Positions 46,623 to 60,882 of a DNA stretch of 64,000 bases are shown here, in pieces. The notes under the pieces are model-generated. The model saw only the letters and a list, made by a program, of their open reading frames with translations. It was not told the origin of the DNA and ran no database searches. Within the stretch, counting starts at the first letter, position 1, and every line of letters begins with the position of its first letter. The DNA comes from Eledone cirrhosa. Lineage: Eukaryota. The position numbers and the translations under genes are program-made. The stretch lies in assembly GCA_964016885.1 (NCBI GenBank), contig OZ024746.1, positions 96,782,001-96,846,000 on the forward strand. The letters run 5' to 3'.

Positions 46623-48167
46623 GTGAGTAACAAAATGTTGGATAGTACTGCACTATTGTTGAATAGTAGTTTAGGATTTGTTCTTGTTTGTTCAATACCA
46701 TGAATTATTATTGTTTTCATGACTGAATAATAATAATATTATAATAATATTATTAATATTCAGTTGATTTGCAAGCACACAGCCTCATAACACCATGTGT
46801 GTTTTCTAGATGACTGACATCATCCTTTAGTTTCACCAGTAACAGAGAGAAAACAGTTGACAATTGTTTTGGAGTTATTGCCCCTTAACAACACTATATA
46901 TCCCATCGTCACAGCTACTCACTGGAACTGCTAAGAATACATAGTACTCTCAAAGTTATACATCGGCTGAGTAGCATAATTTGCATACTAAGTGATTTTA
47001 CAGCCAGCTTTACCAAAAATTAAAAACAAAATTTGTTTTCACTCTAATGTAATGGATAGCTAAACGAACCAAATATTAATAATATCATTATAGTATAATT
47101 CTTATTCACTCATTAATATGTTTAGGTATCCACCATGTTAGAGCAAAAACAGGTAAAACAATATAATATAGAATTATTAACAACTCAATAATTTTTTTCA
47201 ACTATTTTCTAAAATATTTTGTTTTGAGTTATCACATCAGGTTTGGTATTGAAATATCTTTGAAGAAATTTTATCATGTTTACACTTGTTAATTGTTGTT
47301 ATGATAATTATAATAGCAATTAATTATATTTTAAAAACAGATATAGCAGTAGTGTTTTCTTATCATTTTATTTGGGTTTAGTTGTTAGGAGATAAACACT
47401 GTCCTTTATTTTAAGCTCAATTTCTACTCTAAGTAAAGCTGGAAAATATTGATCGAGAGTTAAAATCAAAATAAAACAAAAAGCCTCTAACTCTTAACTC
47501 ACCATCTTAAATGTTTTAGTGTTTAATTTGTTTATGTCTTTCACTTTGTAAAATTTTATAAGTATTCAATAAATTGATGATATACAGAAAGTCTTTATTC
47601 TAACCAGTGTTTTCACAGAGTATTTAGATACTCATGGTTTCAGATTAACTCTTAAGAAAGATAATGAATTATAGAAGCTTTTTATGTTATAATTTAATTT
47701 AGGATTCTATAAATTGGTTAGTAATTTTCAAGGACCAAAATGATACACTCATCTTAACTGATTAATAACAGTACAGCAATGGTACCTCTAGTTCAAAATA
47801 GAAACTTGCTTTATATAAATAAATAAAAGAACATTCTTAGTAGAATAAATCAACTGAGAGACTTTGACTTGAGGATTCTTCCTTCAATGCATTAGTATTG
47901 TTAATAAAATGTTATGGGTAATATTTACCTTTTTAAAGGGAATATACATGTTGATAAGCAAGAGTAAGTTATTTGGTGATAAAAAAGATCTATGTTACAT
48001 TATGAATGGAAAGATCTTACTTTGTGACATTTAGGTTGATGCTTTAGTAAAAAAGATACTTTTTGTCAGAAAATATGTTTATGAAAGGATGCTGCTTTTC
48101 TCAAAACAAACCTTTTTTTTAGGACTATATTTCTGATGTTTAAATTCATTATTCATGCCTATTACAG

Positions 48168-48234
48168 TGGATCGTTGTTATAACCATGGGAAACCAAATT
48201 TGGATTTGGAAACCTCAAACAAATTAAAATGCGA
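48168..48234 (+). CDS. Cys-rich gene exon 8
   Basis: attacag| VDRCYNHGKPNLDLETSNKLKC |gtaagt, phase 1-2. Confidence 0.85.
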
Positions 48235-48258
48235 GTAAGTAGTTTTTATCATATAATT

Positions 48259-48602
48259 CATCATCATCTCATCATCTCATTTTACGTCCACTTTTCCCTG
48301 CTTGCAAGGGTGGGACGGGAACTGATTCTGGCTTGATTTCTACAGCTGGATGCCCTTCCTAACACCAACCTCATTTACAGTGAGTGCAGGGTGCTTTTTT
48401 GCCGTGGCACCTCCACGACCACTTTGCAGTGGAATGATAGGGACCCCAGTCCCTATCATCTCATTTCTACAGCTGAGTAAACTGGAGCAATGTGAAATAA
48501 AGTGTCTTGCTCAAGGAAACAACACATCACCCGGTCTGAGAATTGAACTCACAACCTTTCGATTGCAAGGCCAATGCTCTAACCACTAAGCCATGTGCCT
48601 CC
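48259..48602 (-). mobile_element. tRNA-derived SINE with CORE-like middle and RTE-type 3' tail
   Basis: Minus strand: TGGCTTAGTGG (A box), GAGTTCAATTC (B box), CCTTGAGCAAGACACTT. The 3' end matches the LINE end at 43806-43857. Confidence 0.8.
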
Positions 48603-50480
48603 AATTACATTGATATATTTAATGAGAAACATATTAAGAGAAACATTCCTTAGTAAAACGTGTCAAACATTTTGGTGGGTTTAGTTGTCAAACAAATGTA
48701 TTTTATTTTTAAAAATGAAACATAACTTCTCAACACATTAACTTTTAATGTCCTGTACCACATGAAACCACATTAGCAAGATTTTTTTGAGAAGTACAAA
48801 GAAAACAAAAAAAGAGGACTCTCACTGCATCACATTAAATATTAAGTCTTTATTCTGACACTGCATATTTTCACAATGATTTACCCACTAATAATGATAC
48901 TATAGAATTAACAGACAATTTTTAGATATTTTCTGCTAAACAATTGCTGGATGTTAAAATTTGATGGTAGAATAATGTATCAAGCAAGGTTTTAGAGAAA
49001 TTAACTATAATCCATAATTAATTTAAATATAACATACTTTCTAGTGATCAATAAATAAACCACTAATCATCTTTGCTGCATTGAGGACCTATCTAAAGCA
49101 GTGGAGAAAGTTGTATGGTGTTTGTTACAACCTGTCACATAATTTGAAATAAGTATGGACTGTGTTGTAGAAAATACAAGTTGAGCAATTTTTTTTTATT
49201 GTGGTCAGAGCAAGAAGTGTCAAAACTAGATTTGTCAGCTTACTAAACTTATCATCATCATCACCATCATCATTATTGTTTAACATCTGCTTTCTCTTCT
49301 AGCAAACTGTAATATATTTGGGAGAATGGGACACATAATTGGCAGAAGAGGGCACACATTGTTGAGTTAGCCTAGGGTGCTAAATACTAGCCCTGGTTTT
49401 TATTCAAGCAAGTTAATTAACTTTCCTCTGCTCAGTCTATCTAATTGGTAGAAGTAGCACAAAGAGACACAGTGGAATCTCTATACAATGGATAACTGTT
49501 TCTTTGATGATTGTTCATGGATACCTGTTTCTTTAGATGCTTGTTCTGTCAGCTCTAACAATAAGTGTTTCAGTTGTTTAACAAAGGGAATGGTTTGTTC
49601 ATAAAATTAACATGTCCTTTGTGCATGAATTATAGGGTCATAGTGTCAAGTCTTGTTCAGTTTATGATATTGTTGAACCAGGGTTTTCTTTTTCTGCTTT
49701 TCTTCAACCCCTTCAACTGTGCCCTGGAAAATGGTTATAGACAGAGTGTGATGACAGGATATATGTGTGTACCAGGAGAGCTTTGGTTGTTTCACTGTCA
49801 TAAGAGTGTTTCTTGCTTTCCAGTATATTTAGTGACTTGCTGCCTGACAAAGCTATATGTCTTGTGCTTTGTATGTGGGATACATAGCAGGTTTCTGAAG
49901 CATTTGAAATTAAATGCCTGGGTTCTTCATTCCATGTCAGTTGTAAGTGTTCAGGTTTTGTCCCCATAGAAAAGGATGAAAATCACTAGGTGCTTATACA
50001 GTTTAAAGTTATTTAATTCATAATGTGAATGCTAATAGCTTAGTGGTTAGGGTGTTTTTCCCATGATTGTAAGGTTATGTGTTCAATTCCCAGCTGTGAC
50101 TTGTGTCTTTGAGCAAAGCACTTTATCTCACTATACTCCAATTTATTCAACTGTAAAAAATGAGTTGTATCTGTAATTAAAAGTGTCAGTCTTGTTAGTC
50201 TTGTCACACTGAATCATCTTGAGAATTACATTCATTTTGCACAAGTTTGTAGAATGTTCAGCAATTTTCATGTTACTTTCATGAGTTGACTGTTCTGTTA
50301 GTCAAACAAATGGAACATTCATCATAGAGACTGTCAAAAGTCTAACAGAATGTATTTAATTTACAGTACATAAAAATATTGATAACTTCAGTTGGAGCAA
50401 GTATATGCTTGACATTCATCAGTTCCTGAGAGATGAAAAGCAGATACAATCCTGGGGAAATTTTGGAGATGACATTAAGT

Positions 50481-53400
50481 ACTGTCTATCATATCTACCA
50501 TAGTACTTCACTTTCTATCATATCTACCATAGTACTTCACTGTCTATCATAGTACTTCACTTTATATCATATCTACCATAGTACTTCACTGTCTATCATA
50601 TCTACCATAGTACTTCACTGTCTATCATATCTACCATAGTACTTCACTGTCTATCATATCTACCATAGTACTTCACTGTCTATCATAGTACTTCACTTTA
50701 TATCATATCTACCATAGTACTTCACTTTCTACCATATCTACCATAGTACTTCACTGTCTATCATAGTACTTCACTTTATATCATATCTACCATAGTACTT
50801 CACTGTCTATCATATCTACCATAGTACTTCACTGTCTATCATAGTACTTCACTTTATATCATATCTACCATAGTACTTCACTGTCTATCATATCTACCAT
50901 AGTACTTCACTGTCTATCATATCTACCATAGTACTTCACTTTCTATCATATCTACCATAGTACTTCACATTCTATCATATCTACCACAGTACTTCACTTT
51001 CTACCATATCTACCATAGTACTTCACTGTCTATCATATCTACCATAGTACTTCACTTTCTATCATATCTACCATAGTACTTCACTGTCTATCATATCTAA
51101 CATAGTACTTCACTTTCTATCATATCTACCATAGTACTTCACATTCTATCATATCTACCATAGTACTTCACATTCTATCATATCTACCACAGTACTTCAC
51201 TGTCTATCATATCTACCATAGTACTTCACTTTCTATCATATCTACCATAGTACTTCACATTCTATCATATCTACCATAGTACTTCACATTCTATCATATC
51301 TACCACAGTACTTCACTTTATATCATATCTACCATAGTACTTCACTGTCTATCATATCTACCATAGTACTTCACTATCTACCATAGTACTTCATTGTCTA
51401 TCATATCTACCATAGTACTTCACTTTCTATCATATCTACCATAGTACTTCACTTTCTATCATATCTACCATAGTACTTCACTTTCTATCATATCTACCAT
51501 AGTACTTCACATTCTATCATATCTACCATAGTACTTCACTGTCTATCATATCTACCATAGTACTTCACTTTCTATCATATCTACCATAGTACTTCACTTT
51601 CTATCATATCTACCATAGTGCTTCCCTTTCTATCATATCTACCATAGTACTTCACTTTCTATCATATCTACCATAGTACTTCACTTTCTATCATATCTAC
51701 CATAGTACTTCACTTTCTATCATATCTACCATAGTACTTCACTTTCTATCATATCTACCATAGTGCTTCACTTTCTATCATATCTACCATAGTACTTCAC
51801 TGTCTATCATATCTACCATAGTACTTCACTTTCTATCATATCTACCATAGTACTTCACTTTCTATCATATCTACCATAGTACTTATGATAGAAAGTGAAG
51901 TACTATGGTAGATATGATAGAAAGGGAAGCACTATGGTAGATATGATAGAAAGGGAAGCACTATGGTAGATATGGTAGAAAGATCTACCACAGTACTTCA
52001 CTTTCTATCATATCTACCATAGTGCTTCCCTTTCTATCATATCAACCATAGCTGACGTACCCAGCTTCACCCGGGTAAACAGATGATAAAAGAAGACAGG
52101 TAAAAGAGAAAATAACTGTATTGGATGTTTGTCTGGTTACAGTATGAGGCGTGTCCGTGGTGTCTGTGCGATACAGAAAACAGTAAAAAAAAATCTTCCA
52201 GATATACCAGATTCTTCGTTGTACCGTTTGTGCATTGCATATGAACAATTCTAGGTGTTCCCATCTAGAATAGTGACCTCTAGGAGATGGTTCATCTTCT
52301 GCCTGACTGTAAAATGTGTATCATTACATAGACGTGGTTGTTCCACATTTCTCAAAAGGATGATGGAGGTTCCAATCTTGTATATTATATGTAGATATAG
52401 ATATAGATAATTAATATAAAAGATGATGCTCAGCCAGTTTGTCTTCAACCATCGCAGCACGCCGTAGCTGCTTGGCTCCAGTGTTTCGTTGGCGTTGTTC
52501 AGCCAGCTCCTCTTCATTCATGGCGGCACATCTTCGCCTCTGAAGTTCAGCATTCCGATGGCACTGTTCGGCCCGTTTTTCTTCATTGCTGGCTGCACGC
52601 CGTCGCCACTGTAGTTCACTGTTTGATAAAGTCGAATTGCTTTTATTATCAGTATTCATTTCGAGCAATTATCAAAAAATGACACAATAATAAATATAAA
52701 AGATGTCCGTCAATGTAAAAAAAGGTCCCTATTTACTCCCTTCACAACTCTGTGTATGTTAGACTAACAGACAGGCACACAGACAGATAAACTGCGTGGC
52801 GATTGTGGAACGCCCCACGTACACACACATACACGCATGGAAATGCGCACACACACGCATACTTACACACGCACCCGTGCACTTACACACAATTACACAC
52901 TCACACATGTTGATAGTTTTTACTTTCTGTGGAATGCTGCACGCACACACACATAAACATACCCGCACGTACATATACACGCATACATGGTAATAGTTAC
53001 AGCGTTCACTTTACCTCTTTGTTTCATACTCTCCCCTTCACTCCCTCATTGGCATTATGCAATATATTAATTTAAGTTTGGCCTCGTTGAGGTGGGCGGA
53101 GTCGTTTGAAACCTATGCACCAATGATAATCGAGAATTGTGACATACGGAATACTGACGTTCTTGAAATTAATATATAGATTGTCTATCATATCAACAAT
53201 AGTGCTTCACATTCTATCATATATACAATAGTACTTCACTGTCTATCATATCTACCATAGTACTTCACTGTCTATCATATCTACCATAATACTTCACTTT
53301 CTATCATATCAACAATAGTGCTTCACATTCTATCATATCTACCATAGTACTTCACTTTCTATCATATCTACCATAGTACTTCACTTTCTATCATATCTAC

Positions 53401-56400
53401 CATAGTACTTCACTGTCTATCATATCTACCATAGTACTTCACTGTCTATCATATCTACTATAATACATCACATTCTATCATATCTACCATAGTACTTCAC
53501 ATTCTATCATATCTACCATAGTGCTTCACATTCTATCATATCTACCATAGTACTTCATTGTCTATCATATCTACCATAGTACTTCACATTCTATCATATC
53601 TACCATATTACTTCACATTCTATCATATCTAGCATAGTACTTCACTGTCTATCATATCTACCATAGTACTTCACTGTCTATCATATCTACCATAGTACTT
53701 CACTTTCTATCATATCTACCATAGTACTTTACTGTCTATCATATCAACCATAGTACTTCACATTCTATCATATCTACCATAGTACTTCATTGTCTATCAT
53801 ATCTACCATAGTACTTCACATTCTATCATATCTAGCATAGTACTTCACATTCTGTCATATCTACCATAGTACTTCACTGTCTATCATATCTACCATAGTA
53901 CTTCACATTCTATCATATCTACCATAGTACTTCACATTCTGTCATATCTACCATAGTACTTCACATTCTATCATATCTACCATAGTACTTCACTTTCTAT
54001 CATATCTACCATAGTACTTCACATTCTATCATATCTACCATAGTACTTCACATTCTATCATATCTACCATAGTACTTCATTGTCTATCATATCTACCATA
54101 GTACTTCACATTCTATCATATCTACCATAGTACTTCACATTCTGTCATATCTACCATAGTACTTCACTGTCTATCATATCTACCATAGTACTTCACTGTC
54201 TATCATATCTACCATAGTACTTCACATTCTATCATATCTACCATAGTACTTCACTTTCTGTCATATCTACCATAGTACTTCATATTCTGTCATATCTACC
54301 ATAGTACTTCACATTCTGTCATATCTACCATAGTACTTTACTGTCTATCATATCTACCATAGTACTTCACATTCTATCATATCTACCATAGTACTTCACA
54401 TTCTATCATATCTACCATGGTACTTCACATTCTATCATATCTACCATAGTACTTCACATTCTGTCATATCTACCATAGTACTTCACATTCTTTCATATCT
54501 ACCATAGTACTTCACATTCTGCCATATCTACCATAGTACTTCACATTCTATCATATCTACCATAGGACTTCACTGTCTATCATATCTACCATAGTACTTC
54601 ACATTCTGTCATATCTACCCTAGTACTTCACATTCTGTTATATCTACCATAGTACTTCACATTCTATCATATCTACCACAGTAATTCACATTCTATCATA
54701 TCTACCATAGTACTTCACATTCTGTCATATCTACCATTGTACTTCACTGTCTATCATATCTACCATAGTACTTCACTGTCTATCATATCTACCATAGTAC
54801 TTCACTGTCTATCATATCTACCATAGTATTTCACTTTCTATCATATCTACCATAGTACTTCACTGTCTATCATATCTACCATAGTACTTCACTTTCTATC
54901 ATATCTACCATAGTACTTCACTTTATATCATATCTACCATATTACTTCACTTTCTACCATATCTACCATAGTACTTCACTTTCTATCATATCTACCATAG
55001 TACTTCACTTTCTATCATATCTACCATAGTACTTCACTTTCTATCATATCTACCATAGTACTTCACTTTCTATCATATCTACCATAGTACTTCACTGTCT
55101 ATCATATCTACCATAGTACTTCACTTTCTATCATATCTACCATAGTACTTCACTGTCTATCATATCTACCATAGTACTTCACTTTCTATCATATCTACCA
55201 TAGTACTTCACTTTCTATCATATCTACCATAGTACTTCACTGTCTATCATATCTACCATAGTACTTCACTATCTACCATAGTACTTCACTGTCTATCATA
55301 TCTACCACAGTACTTAACTTTCTATCATATCTACCATAGTACTTCACTGTCTATCATATCTACCATAGTACTTCACTTTCTATCATATCTACCATAGTAC
55401 TTCACTGTCTATCATATCTACCATAGTACTTCACTTTCTATCATATCTACCATAGTACTTCACTTTCTATCATATCTACCATAGTACTTCACTGTCTATC
55501 ATATCTACCATAGTACTTCACTATCTACCATAGTACTTCACTGTCTATCATATCTACCACAGTACTTCACTTTCTATCATATCTACCATAGTACTTCACT
55601 GTCTACCATATCTATCATAGTACTTCACTGTCTATCATATCTACCATAGTACTTCACATTCTGTCATATCTACCATAGTACTTCACATTCTATCATATCT
55701 ACCATAGTACTTCACTTTCTATCATATCTACCATAGTACTTCACATTCTATCATATCTACCATAGTACTTCACATTCTATCATATCTACCATAGTACTTC
55801 ACATTCTATCATATCTACCATAGTACTTCACTTTCTATCATATCTACCATAGTACTTCACTTTCTATCATATCTACCATAGTACTTCACTTTCTATCATA
55901 TCTACCATAGTACTTCACTGTCTATCATATCTACCATAGTACTTCACTTTCTACCATATCTACCATAGTACTTCACTTTCTACCATATCTACCATAGTAC
56001 TTCACTGTCTATCATATCTACCATAGTACTTCACTGTCTATCATATCTGCCATAGTACTTCACTGTCTATCATATCTACCATAGTACTTCACTGTCTATC
56101 ATATCTACCATAGTACTTCACTTTCTATCATATCTACCATAGTACTTCACTGTCTATCATATCTACCACAGTACTTCACTTTCTATCATATCTACCATAG
56201 TACTTCACTGTCTATCATATCTACCATAGTACTTCACTGTCTACCATATCTATCATAGTACTTCACTGTCTATCATATCTACCATAGTACTTCACTTTCT
56301 ATCATATCTACCATAGTAGTTCACATTCTATCATATCTACCATAGTACTTCACATTCTATCATATCTACCATAGTACTTCACTGTCTATCATATCTACCA

Positions 56401-57253
56401 TAGTACTTCACTTTCTATCATATCTACCATAGTACTTCACTTTCTATCATATCTACCATAGTGCTTCACTTTCTATCATATCTACCATAGTACTTCACTT
56501 TCTATCATATCTACCATAGTACTTCACTGTCTATCATATCTACCATAGTACTTCACTTTCTATCATATCTACCATAGTACTTCACTTTCTATCATATCTA
56601 CCATAGTGCTTCACTTTCTATCATATCTACCATAGTACTTCACTCTCTATCATATCTACCATAGTACTTCACTTTCTATCATATCTACCATAGTACTTCA
56701 CATTCTATCATATCTACCATAGTAGTTCACATTCTATCATATCTACCATAGTGCTTCACATTCTATCATATCTACCACAGTACTTCACCTTCTATCATAT
56801 CTACCATAGTACTTCACTGTCTATCATATCTACCATAGTACTTCACATTCTATCATATCTACCATAGTACTTCACATTCTATCATATCTACCACAGTACT
56901 TCACTGTCTATCATATCTACCATAGTACTTCACTTTCTATCATATCTACCATAGTACTTCACTTTCTATCATATCTACCATAGTACTTCACATTCTATCA
57001 TATCTACCATAGTACTTCATTGTCTATCATATCTACCATAGTACTTCACATTCTATCATATCTACCACAGTACTTCATTTTCTATCATATCTACCATAGT
57101 ACTTCACATTCTGTCATATCTACCATAGTACTTCACATTCTATTATATCTACCATAATACTTCACATTCTATAATATCTACCATAGTACTTCACATTCTG
57201 TCATATCTACCATAGTACTTCACATTCTATTATATCTACCATAATTCTTCATT
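50481..57253. repeat. 29-bp minisatellite array (~190 copies) interrupted by a Helitron
   Basis: Unit TCTATCATATCTACCATAGTACTTCAC(TG/TT/AT); inverted units at ~51885-51982. Confidence 0.95.
52048..53180 (-). mobile_element. Internally deleted Helitron with RepHel remnants
   Basis: 5' end A|TCTATATATTAA at 53180; charged N-terminal repeats (EEKRAEQ..QRRR); Pif1-like helicase segment IGTSIILLRNVEQPRLCNDT..LLEVTILDG; 3' hairpin TACCCGG..CTGGGTA followed by CAGCTA. Confidence 0.85.
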
Positions 57254-57290
57254 CTTATTTTAATTGCAATATATTGTTATTGTTTTTTAG

Positions 57291-57379
57291 TGAATTGAAC
57301 CAATATAATAAAACTTTAGTGGACAGAAACTGCAAGATGCCAGATGACATGAAGACAAAATATAAGGAATTAAAATGTG
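57291..57379 (+). CDS. Cys-rich gene exon 9
   Basis: ttttttag| DELNQYNKTLVDRNCKMPDDMKTKYKELKC |gtaaga, phase 2-1. Confidence 0.85.
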
Positions 57380-57507
57380 GTAAGATTCTTACATCATGTT
57401 CAGTAATTTTATTAGATGGCCGAGAAGTTGGTGTCTTCTCACCACTCATATACTCAAAGTTTTAACCTTTGATGTTATTATTTTTGTATTATTTCATAAA
57501 TATTTGA

Positions 57508-57724
57508 TAGTGGTTGATTGGCAGGATTGGTAGAGCGCCCGATATAAGATGTAATTATATTATTTGTTCCATCTTCTTATATTCTGAGTTCAAATCCCGC
57601 CAATGTTAACTTAGCTTTTAATCCTTCTGGGGTCGATAAAATAAAGTACTAATAAAGAACTGGGGTCAATGGGAATACCACCCAGCCCCCACAGATTGCT
57701 GGCCTCATTCCTAAATTAGAAATG
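57508..57724 (+). mobile_element. tRNA-derived SINE (family 1), near full length
   Basis: TGGCAGGATTGG..GAGTTCAAATCCC..GGGGTCGATAAAATAAAGTAC..CCTAAATTAGAAA. Degraded copies at 38697-38880 (-), 59003-59168 and 62568-62765. Confidence 0.75.
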
Positions 57725-58228
57725 CTTATTTTATATAGTTTTCATTCTGCAAAGAAAACTCACTTTACAACTATGTTGAAGAAGCATTAATTAGCTTTAT
57801 TCAGCTTATATAGCTTTTTACAAATGTACCTCACCAACACAGCAGCCTGTTTTGCCATAGAATACAGGAAATAATACTATCATCTCAAAATTTAGGTAGA
57901 AGGTGAAGTGGGAAAAAATAAAATATTACATAGCAAATTTTGAATAAAATCTCTGACTTCTATTTTGACGGTGTCAATAAATAACAATTTGAGCTCATAG
58001 ATCATAGTGAAAACAATTATTAGCATGTTGGAACTAATTACAATATCTAAGTTAGTAGTGTTGACAACTCTTCTGTATGAGTTAAATGTCTTGACTTCAA
58101 GAAGAATATAGAACAATTGAGGGATTTCTTATGGATTCATTACAATTAATATTGGTAAAATAAAGTCCCTAGCAATTATGATTTTAAAAGGATAAAAGCA
58201 ATACCGAGAGACCTTAAACACTGCCATT

Positions 58229-58484
58229 TTAACCCTTTCCTTACCATATTTATCATGAAATACACAGTATTTGAATTAAATAATGAAGAATTTGAAGGGA
58301 TTTACTGAAATCATTAATTGTTTCATTATTAGGGTGGTATTTGTAACCCAACCTAAAAGAAAAAGGTTTTTACATTAAATAATGTTGAAATGTTTTAATT
58401 CAGATAAAAAAAACCTTTTCAAATGAGGGAATCTGTTTCATACAACCTGAGGCAGTTTGGGCAGGCTGGTATCAAAAGAGTTAA
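58229..58484. mobile_element. piggyBac-like MITE
   Basis: TTAA TSDs with imperfect TIRs CCCTTTCCTTACCA / TGGTATCAAAAGAG. Confidence 0.6.
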
Positions 58485-59429
58485 TAAAGATTAATATTGA
58501 TCTAAGCCCAACATAAAACAACATAATTAATTATTTTTCTGAAATAAACTAAATAGACAAGAAAATGAAATGACACTGGTCATGAGAGTTAGAAAGTTGA
58601 GTAGAAATACTATCTAATATAGACTAATACTAAGTTGAATCTAGTAGAGAAGGCTGTCTCTTCAGAGAGTTTCTGAGGGCTCTACCAAGGAACACATGCA
58701 ATCAAGGCTGGTGATACCATTAAAGCTAACTAACCAGGTTGCAGACTTTAGAGGGGCACATCACTGACCCTTAAAAGGATGACTGTTTAAATTAAATATA
58801 TCAATAAAATATAACACAAGAAAGTGGTGTGTCTAGGAAGTAGTTACATAGTTTAAGACTTCCACCCCTTAAGATAATAATAAAAAAATAGATACAAACC
58901 TTTAGCTTGTTGTTTGACATCACTTTGAATCTGAATGAAATTGTATTGTGGTTCTAAGCATTGTTTTAATTGTTGTAATTTTAATATAATATTCATGCTG
59001 AGAGAGGCAAATTGGCAAAATTGTTAGTATGTCAGAAAAAATGCTTTGTGACATTTTTTCTGACCCTTAACATTTTGAGTTCAAATCTTGCCTTTCAGAG
59101 TCAATAAAATATTGTACTAGTATTGGTTCAATTAACTTTGATGGTTGTGTGCCTAAATTAGAAATCAATATAATATTCCTGTTATTTTTTGTACTTTTGA
59201 GTTAGCTTTAAACTCGTTTATATTTCTAGTTTAAATAACTTCCTTTCATGTACAACATCAATTCTCTCAGGAATGGTGGATATATCACATTTCAACAATT
59301 TCTGCATATAAATTAGTTCTGGTTATATACCTATGTAAGTAACTATTATTGTAATTATTTCTACAGATACATGATCTGTTTCATAATTATAATTATGGTA
59401 TTTTTATATTCTTTTTACAATAAATACAG

Positions 59430-59499
59430 ATACATTGTGCAATGAAAGAATGTGCAAGTCTGTATCTGTATTTGGAAGTGACAGAAAGGAGGTCTGCGG
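59430..59499 (+). CDS. Cys-rich gene exon 10
   Basis: aatacag| DTLCNERMCKSVSVFGSDRKEVC |gtgagt, phase 1-2. Confidence 0.85.
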
Positions 59500-59578
59500 G
59501 TGAGTATGTTATGGATATTTTAATTATAAGTTGATTTTCAAAGATATATATAGATCGATTGGTTATTGATTAGGCGAA

Positions 59579-59692
59579 ACCCGCTGATGGAAGCCACATG
59601 TGGCAATTGTGCATTGTTGCATAATAAATGCAGACAGTGGATGCTGTGCACTCTATTGCTGCATTAAGTGTGGCTGAAACTTGAGTACGGGT
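59579..59692 (+). ncRNA. Type I hammerhead-like ribozyme with greatly extended stem II (family G)
   Basis: Stem I ACCCG/CGGGT; CTGATGGA; stem II base AGCCAC/GTGGCT enclosing ~72 nt; GAAA; stem III CT-tg-AG; GUA triplet. Confidence 0.65.
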
Positions 59693-60573
59693 GAAGAGTA
59701 AAGATTGAAGGTACCCAATACAAATGCTGTTTACGAAGGACCAACTCCTAAACAAAAAGACGAACTTGTAACCGCATGCAAACACCGATTGCATAGGACC
59801 TACCTCACCCTCAAACCCCCTCATGACCCGGGTGGGTAGACAATGGCTGTAACATCCTTCTTTTCCCCACTTGGCGAACAAGATAAGGGAAACCCCAGCA
59901 TACATAGGTAGATGTACTTCTTTCCTTTTTTCCCTTTATCTCTTCTTATCACTTCCTTCCACTCCCTCTCCTCTTCCTTTTTCCTCTTTCGCCTACCCTG
60001 AGGCAGCCCATCGGGCTTCTGTAGCCTCAGTACCCCCACCCCAGTAAATACTATATAGCACTGGCCGAAAACACAATACCATCTAAAAATATAGCAGCTG
60101 TTTTAGACTAGTTTTTTATTATTTTTTATTATTTAATTTTTTAATATTATTATTTTTATTTATTATTTTTTAATTTTTTAATTTCAATTTATTAACTTTT
60201 TAATGTTATAACTTCCCACTCTCAGATTCCTCCAGAATTCTTTTTTCACCTGCTTTCTAGCTAGCCTAATTTCTTCCACACTCCTTAGAATTTGCTGTAT
60301 AGAATTCACTTTCAACGCTTGACCGGCTCCACCCACTCCTCATTGTCCTACAGGCTAGTTCAGCCATGCCCACCACCCACCCATCGCCATGAAAGATTTG
60401 ATTGTGTTTACAGGAAAATTTTGACCAATCCTTTTGACAACTATAATCTTTCCATATAAGGAATTACCCCTTGAAAAGTTCAGCTATTTATTACCATGCT
60501 AAAAATCTAATTTAGTCCAGAAATAGCCGTCGAAACGGCTTGAGCTCTGACATCGGGGTCTTGAACATTTTCC

Positions 60574-60605
<32 letters not shown>

Positions 60606-60882
60606 AAATTAAAATGTCAAGTTGAAAACTCACAATAATCCCCTACAATCAAATAAGCTCAAGTAAGGAGAGAAATACACAAATTTATGTGTTTAATTAT
60701 AGGGGATATGAAACCACCAAGGTGACAAACTTATTAACTACAGATAGAATGGTGAATACAAATTAATTAAAAGAATATATCTAAGTATGCAAACCATCTC
60801 TTATAATTATAACTTCCAGACATATTGAACACATATATTTATGTGTATTTTTCTCCTCACTGTTTCATTAATATATATATCT

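Noticed and set aside
48540-48602. tRNA gene
   Set aside because: A and B boxes are present, but the sequence continues into a SINE body and tail, so it is a SINE head.
49565-49969. 134-aa ORF or a GIY-YIG remnant
   Set aside because: No recognisable motifs on +, and only a faint, frameshifted PLE resemblance on -; too weak to call.
50481-57253. 29-bp repeats as a CRISPR array
   Set aside because: No spacers; this is a simple tandem minisatellite.
59592-59675. SECIS element within the extended stem II
   Set aside because: No RUGA/GA quartet pattern is visible, and the intact PLE ORF has no in-frame TGA.
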